This document shows positions 58,920 to 64,000 of a stretch of 64,000 bases of DNA, piece by piece (position 1 is the stretch's first letter; every line of letters starts with the position of its first letter). The notes beneath the pieces were generated by a model that worked only from the letters and a program-made list of their open reading frames with translations, was not told the origin of the DNA and did not search any database. Source of the DNA: Tubiluchus corallicola (lineage: Eukaryota > Animalia > Priapulida); NCBI GenBank assembly GCA_030141605.1, contig JAQGDQ010000009.1, positions 682,001-746,000 on the forward strand. The letters are read 5' to 3'. The position numbers were made by a program, and so were the translations under genes.

Positions 58920-59970
58920 AGTAGTAACCAAAGTGACTGGTTTCAGGGAGAATGCAATCATCAGTGCTGAACACAAGCGCAACGAGAAGAGCTGATGTTT
59001 GTAGTGATCACAGACTAGTGAGGACAGTTATGAGGTTGAAATTTGGGAGCGTCATGCACAAGAATGAGATCAGACACAAGTTGGATTTGAGGAAGGTGGA
59101 GGATGGAACAATAAAGGAGAGATATAAGGTAGAGGTGAGGAACAGCGTTCCGGGCACTGGAGAGCCTGACGAGGTGAAGGAACTGAGCAACAAGATCGAG
59201 GAGGTGTATGTGAACACGGTAGAGGAAATTCTCTGAAGGACATGAAGGAAATTCTCAAACGGAATAAGCCAGCACGAGGTTGGAAAGAAGGAGAGAGGGT
59301 GAGAGAAGAATACAGAGAAAAAGACAGGCAGGTGAAGAGGGGTGCAGGGAATGACAAGAATAGAATGACAGGGGGAATAGCAGAGAAAGGGGAGAGTGCA
59401 GCAGAAGATGGCAGGATGAAGGAACTGCAATATATCATGCGTGTCCTGACAGGAGAAAGGAGGGAGCAATCGGGTGGAGTAAAAAACAAAAAACAGAGTA
59501 CTCAGGACAGAGAAGAAGGAGAGAATGGAAAGATGGATGGAGTACTTCCAAAGGATCAACAGGAAAGAGTCGAAACACCCTGCAAGAAAGAAAGAGATGG
59601 AACATGCACAGGGCTTGGAAGAGACTCATTGTGGAAGAGTAAGGCAGCATGAGATCAAGGCGGCACTGAGGAAGGTGAAGTCCGGAAAGGTACCTAGTAT
59701 AGATAACATGAGTGTGGTTTTGTTGAAAGTGAATACAGAAGAGACAAGTAGATGCCTAACAGATGTGTTCAATTTAATATAGAGAGAAGAGAATGATCCA
59801 GAAGATTAGAAGAAGAGACTGTTAACATTCCAAAGTAGGTAACACGAGGGACTGCAAGAACTGGCGAGGAGTGACACTGCTGAGCATTGCAAGCAAGATA
59901 AATGTATCTATATACACACATTTCCTGTATTTTGAGAAGGTATTTGATTCGATTTAAAGAGAGAACACTC
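58920..59970 (+). mobile_element. Decayed RTE-clade LINE (endonuclease end to RT start)
   Basis: RRADVCSDHRLV, MERWMEYF, KSGKVPSIDNM (GKAPG.D), DCKNWRGVTLLSIASK, FEKVFDSI; many stops, frameshifts and deletions. Confidence 0.85.
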
Positions 59971-60895
59971 AGTGCGTTACCTTAATGTTAATTCAGTGAG
60001 CATTTAAAAAAAACTTAATTTTGCAAGTTTTGGCATTTTCAACTAACAATGTTTGGCACTAACAATGGTTTGATAAAAAGTTCACAGGGTTTGGTGAAAC
60101 ATGCAAGAAGCAACATACATGCTAGCTTGCAAATGTGTGAGATACGACCTTATGACCATGTTCATGTCACTACGTGACATGTGAGATAGCATTGTAACTA
60201 GTGAGATGAACATGGTCATAAGGTTGACAGGACATTCCAACATTGCTTTTTTACAATCACGGAGACATAAGCCTATTTGCACCTCTCGAAACTAAGAAAT
60301 GAATGTTATATCAACTTTGAAGACAGGCTCCTAAAACGATGTACGATGCATGCCAAGAGGCAGGACAAAGTTCAGTTGAGGTGCATTCAAGAGAAAAAGT
60401 TAAACACAGTACATGATTTTAAAGACGCATAGCTGCCACGGTGGTTTTTGACACAACGTCACACATGATCACACATTGCCATTGGTTTATCATTTTTTAT
60501 TAGGTCTACGACTACATATTATGTTTTTAAGTCTCTGTGTTTGTAAATGTATTTGAGTTTTGTACGGTATTATGTCTATGTCTGCATTTGTAAAGTAATA
60601 AATTGTGTATAGTGAAAGAATGTTGAACAGTTTTTAATATGTAATTAGTAATACAATAGATTACGGTTTGCAACTGAACTGTCATATTTTAAATTATACT
60701 ATATTGCCTTTTTTCGGTTACCCTATCATATATGGCAGGAGTTAGCGAGCTACAAGTATGCAGAACGTCGTGCAAATAGACCGAAAATGGCGAAACCTGC
60801 AATAGATGTACCATATTCAGTACTGCACATCTACATGATAAACCTCCACATTATAAGGCTTCATTTATCTTCTCACTTCCCACCACCCAGGGTAC

Positions 60896-60914
60896 CTCTC
60901 TCTCTCTCTCTCTC
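60896..60914. repeat. (CT)n microsatellite
   Basis: ctctctctctctctctctc. Confidence 0.8.
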
Positions 60915-63900
60915 TTTATGAAGCTGCGCTGGTCGCTGTGCTTTGATATAGAATATCCTTGTGTCGCGAAGCCATGCAGCAATGAGATTTAGTGAATCTG
61001 TACACGTGCCTTCGCTGTGTAATTGACTTGACTTTCTGTTTGACGACAAATTTCAGCCGTTTTCACGCGTTTTTCTGTTGCGTTTAGATGTGGAATGTAG
61101 CTCGTATACTGTAGCAACAGGAAGTAAGGAATACCTGGGAAAATTTTTGTGTCACCTTGATACGTTCGCTGTCTGGTCGCGAACTACGTAAGTAATATTA
61201 TAACTAAAGTAGTTCCTAGTTACCACGTTGTATGAGTTCTTCTTTACTGACGTCGAAACATCTTCCTATTATCACACAATATTTTCATGACAAGAGACTA
61301 AGAGTCCTGAATTTCGGTCACTCTGCTTCTAATTTAGCATGTGGCTTTTTTGAGTTAATTTTCTGACTGTTTGTTTACGACCTTTATGAAGTTTCCTGTA
61401 AATTTACCACATATCCTTGTACTGTGATGAAATATTAGTAAATGGCTAGCTTTGGTTACTCGACGTTTTGACTTAGAACAAAACACAGTTGAAGGAAGCT
61501 TTATTAAAGACCAGTAATGACTCTTTATTGATATGTAGAGATGCATTAATGAATTAATGTTTATATAAAGTCGTGTTTATGGTTACGACAGGAAAAATAA
61601 ACTTATTGCCTATTTTGGAATTATTAAATCTTTTGATATTGTACTAATGTTCTGTGGTTTTCATTCAGTTCTGCGTAGTCCGGCATAGTATGGCAGAGTA
61701 AAACCGCCCAGACGCACTTTATTTAATCGCCACTCATCCATTTGTTAACCAAGTTCGGAGCTACTTAATTGTCTAAGTAGCCAAGCGGCGCACAACATCA
61801 CCACAACAGTTGCTATAGGCGTAATAAAATTCGCTATTGTGGGAATTATAGTTACGTTCAGAATTTTTGCTCACATGTGTGGCTAACTTCTTAAGTTTTC
61901 ATACGAAAACATTCTTGCAGTATTAAGGAAAATGCTATACACATAAATTGCGAATGCCGGTAATTGGACAAAAATTGTCGTTTCAATGCACTCTTTCTAC
62001 GTTGGTACTTTTTATGGTTTTAGAGTGTTACAACAAAGGAAAACTCTAACAATGCTTCATTAATGATGAAAAGAAGTCGTAACAGTATGTTTATTTGCCA
62101 GAAGGATGCTTTTTATTGGATTCTTCTACCTTTGTTGATTTTCAATTAAACTTTGTGCATAAAATGATAGAAAATTATTACAAATACAGAGAAAATCTGC
62201 AGTTTAGCAGTCTCAATTCAGTGTTCTTCCATAAATAGGACTTGCCGTTAGCTTCACAGCTTTATACTGTCAATTACTGCCATTGCGTAACGATCCTGTT
62301 GAAGCAAACCAAGAATACATGCAATGTCATGCATGATTAATGACTCTTTATTGGAAATCAATATGGCAATAGAGTCACTAATACAATCCGATGTATCTGA
62401 CATAAATCTGCGGTCTGCCAGCTCAGATACTGACGTCTCAGACTATAGAGTTTAATTGTGTGAGACAGTCTTTACTCGTCTCACTGCCTCAAGTCTTTGG
62501 TTTCATGCCTTTGGCTTCAGTCACTGTTCCGTAATAGTTTTTAACTCTGTATAACTGGATTTACTTTGATTCTGCAAGGTTGATTAAGCAGTTCCGGTTT
62601 TTATTAGCAGAACATGGAGTAGTCAGGTTGACTAAGTAATGAGGTTCTTGCTGGTTATTCAGATGATGACAAGGAAGTTACACACACGTGTCTACGTGTT
62701 GACCTTCTTGCATTTCACTGTATAGTAGGCCTCAACACCTGTAACAATCAACTGTAGAATTAAACATGTTGACTCACAGAAGCTTGGACTTATTTGTATA
62801 TTGTAGTAATACGATTAATATTTTAGCAAAATCTACACAAGCTGTGATTCCCATAAAAACCGTTACTTCGAAGCAGGTCAAGATGTCTTTGAAAGAAGAT
62901 CTAATGCTAATTGTGATGGAGGCTGGTTCAACAAAGCGTCCAGAAATGGACAAAAAGATATCTACTCCAGATTTTAACTCCGCACCAGCGAATTTCATTG
63001 GCGAATAATACTAATAGTAATAATTTCTGCAACTTACTTGTGTAAATGTTTAATATTATAACAAGTAAAGCTAATATAGTAACTATAACTTGTACGTAAG
63101 CTTTCATTACAAGGATCAATCAATACACTGCGCCGCTCATTACCCCCCTTACACAGTTTCCTTGAAATATTGAAATTTCTAGTTTGGGTTTTCTTCATTC
63201 ACATGGAAGCCAATTAGACGTGTATTACAGTTTTAACTTTTGGTACTGTAAGTTGATGATTTGCTAGAAATTGTACTCATGTGAAAAAAAGCTTTTCTTG
63301 TTGTCTAGCTGAAAATCTAAATTGGAATAACACTATCATTATAGTAGTAGCAAAAAATATATTGCTCTGCGTGCTCAAATAAAACTAAAATAACTGGGCA
63401 TATCGTTTACAAGACACGGAAGGCGCCTGCAGATGCTAATGTTTAATTCATAGTGAGTGCCTGTTAGTCGGTAGCTGGAGATGCAGGCTGCTTATGTGCT
63501 GTAATTAATACTGACGTGTTTGCATCGAGATTAATTACATACTGTAGATGGCTCTATTAATTATTGATTCCTAACCAACATTCCCACAGACAGGTGGCGA
63601 AAAGACCGAACACTACACAGCTCTGTTACGATGACCGCTTAAAAGAAGCCAGGGGTCATTATAGTCCCAGAAGATATAAGCTTACTCTGGCTCTACGCGC
63701 CTCGACTAAATGATCACCATAAAATAAATGCTGATCCATTAAAAATATCCCCAAGGAGCATACTCGACTTAGTTGACAAATTAATATTGGTTAAACCCCA
63801 GCATACCCCGTAACGTTATAAGATACACAAAAAGCTTCCTCTTGTTAGTAAATGATGCAATCTGTGCTTCATTATTAGAATTGAGATACAAAATAGATCC

Positions 63901-64000
63901 GTCGTGTTATGATCGCTATTTTTGATTCTTTTCAATATAACACAGTTACTATAGGTAATTCTAATTGATTGTCGTTGTCGCCGTCATTCTTGTCATCATC

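Noticed and set aside
59008-59650. Minus-strand ORFs of 183, 139 and 71 aa
   Set aside because: Antisense of the purine-rich decayed RTE element.

Overview
AT-rich, intron-rich animal (invertebrate-like) nuclear DNA, not prokaryotic, so most short entries in the ORF track are spurious or partial exons. Supported content: (1) an F-box/WD40-like gene on - whose CDS lies essentially in one exon (6972-8489); (2) a 9-coding-exon METTL4 (MT-A70 family N6-adenine methyltransferase, DPPW motif) on + (17238-21817); (3) a ~31-coding-exon RALGAPB gene on - (57023 to 23436), convergent with METTL4; (4) a tandem array of four intronless class A GPCR genes on + (three intact, one truncated and fused) plus gene-less upstream modules and an ATG relic. 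The whole array is nested antisense inside one ~8.2 kb intron of RALGAPB (24375-32531). The receptors carry odorant-receptor-like motifs and appear mosaic. The rest holds decayed LINE fragments (CR1/L2-like, RTE-like), four copies of a TTAA-flanked non-autonomous transposon (one with a solo LTR inside), a hAT-like MITE, a Penelope-like inverted repeat with a minimal hammerhead motif, and simple repeats. Exon boundaries were read by eye and family assignments are from remembered motifs, not database searches.
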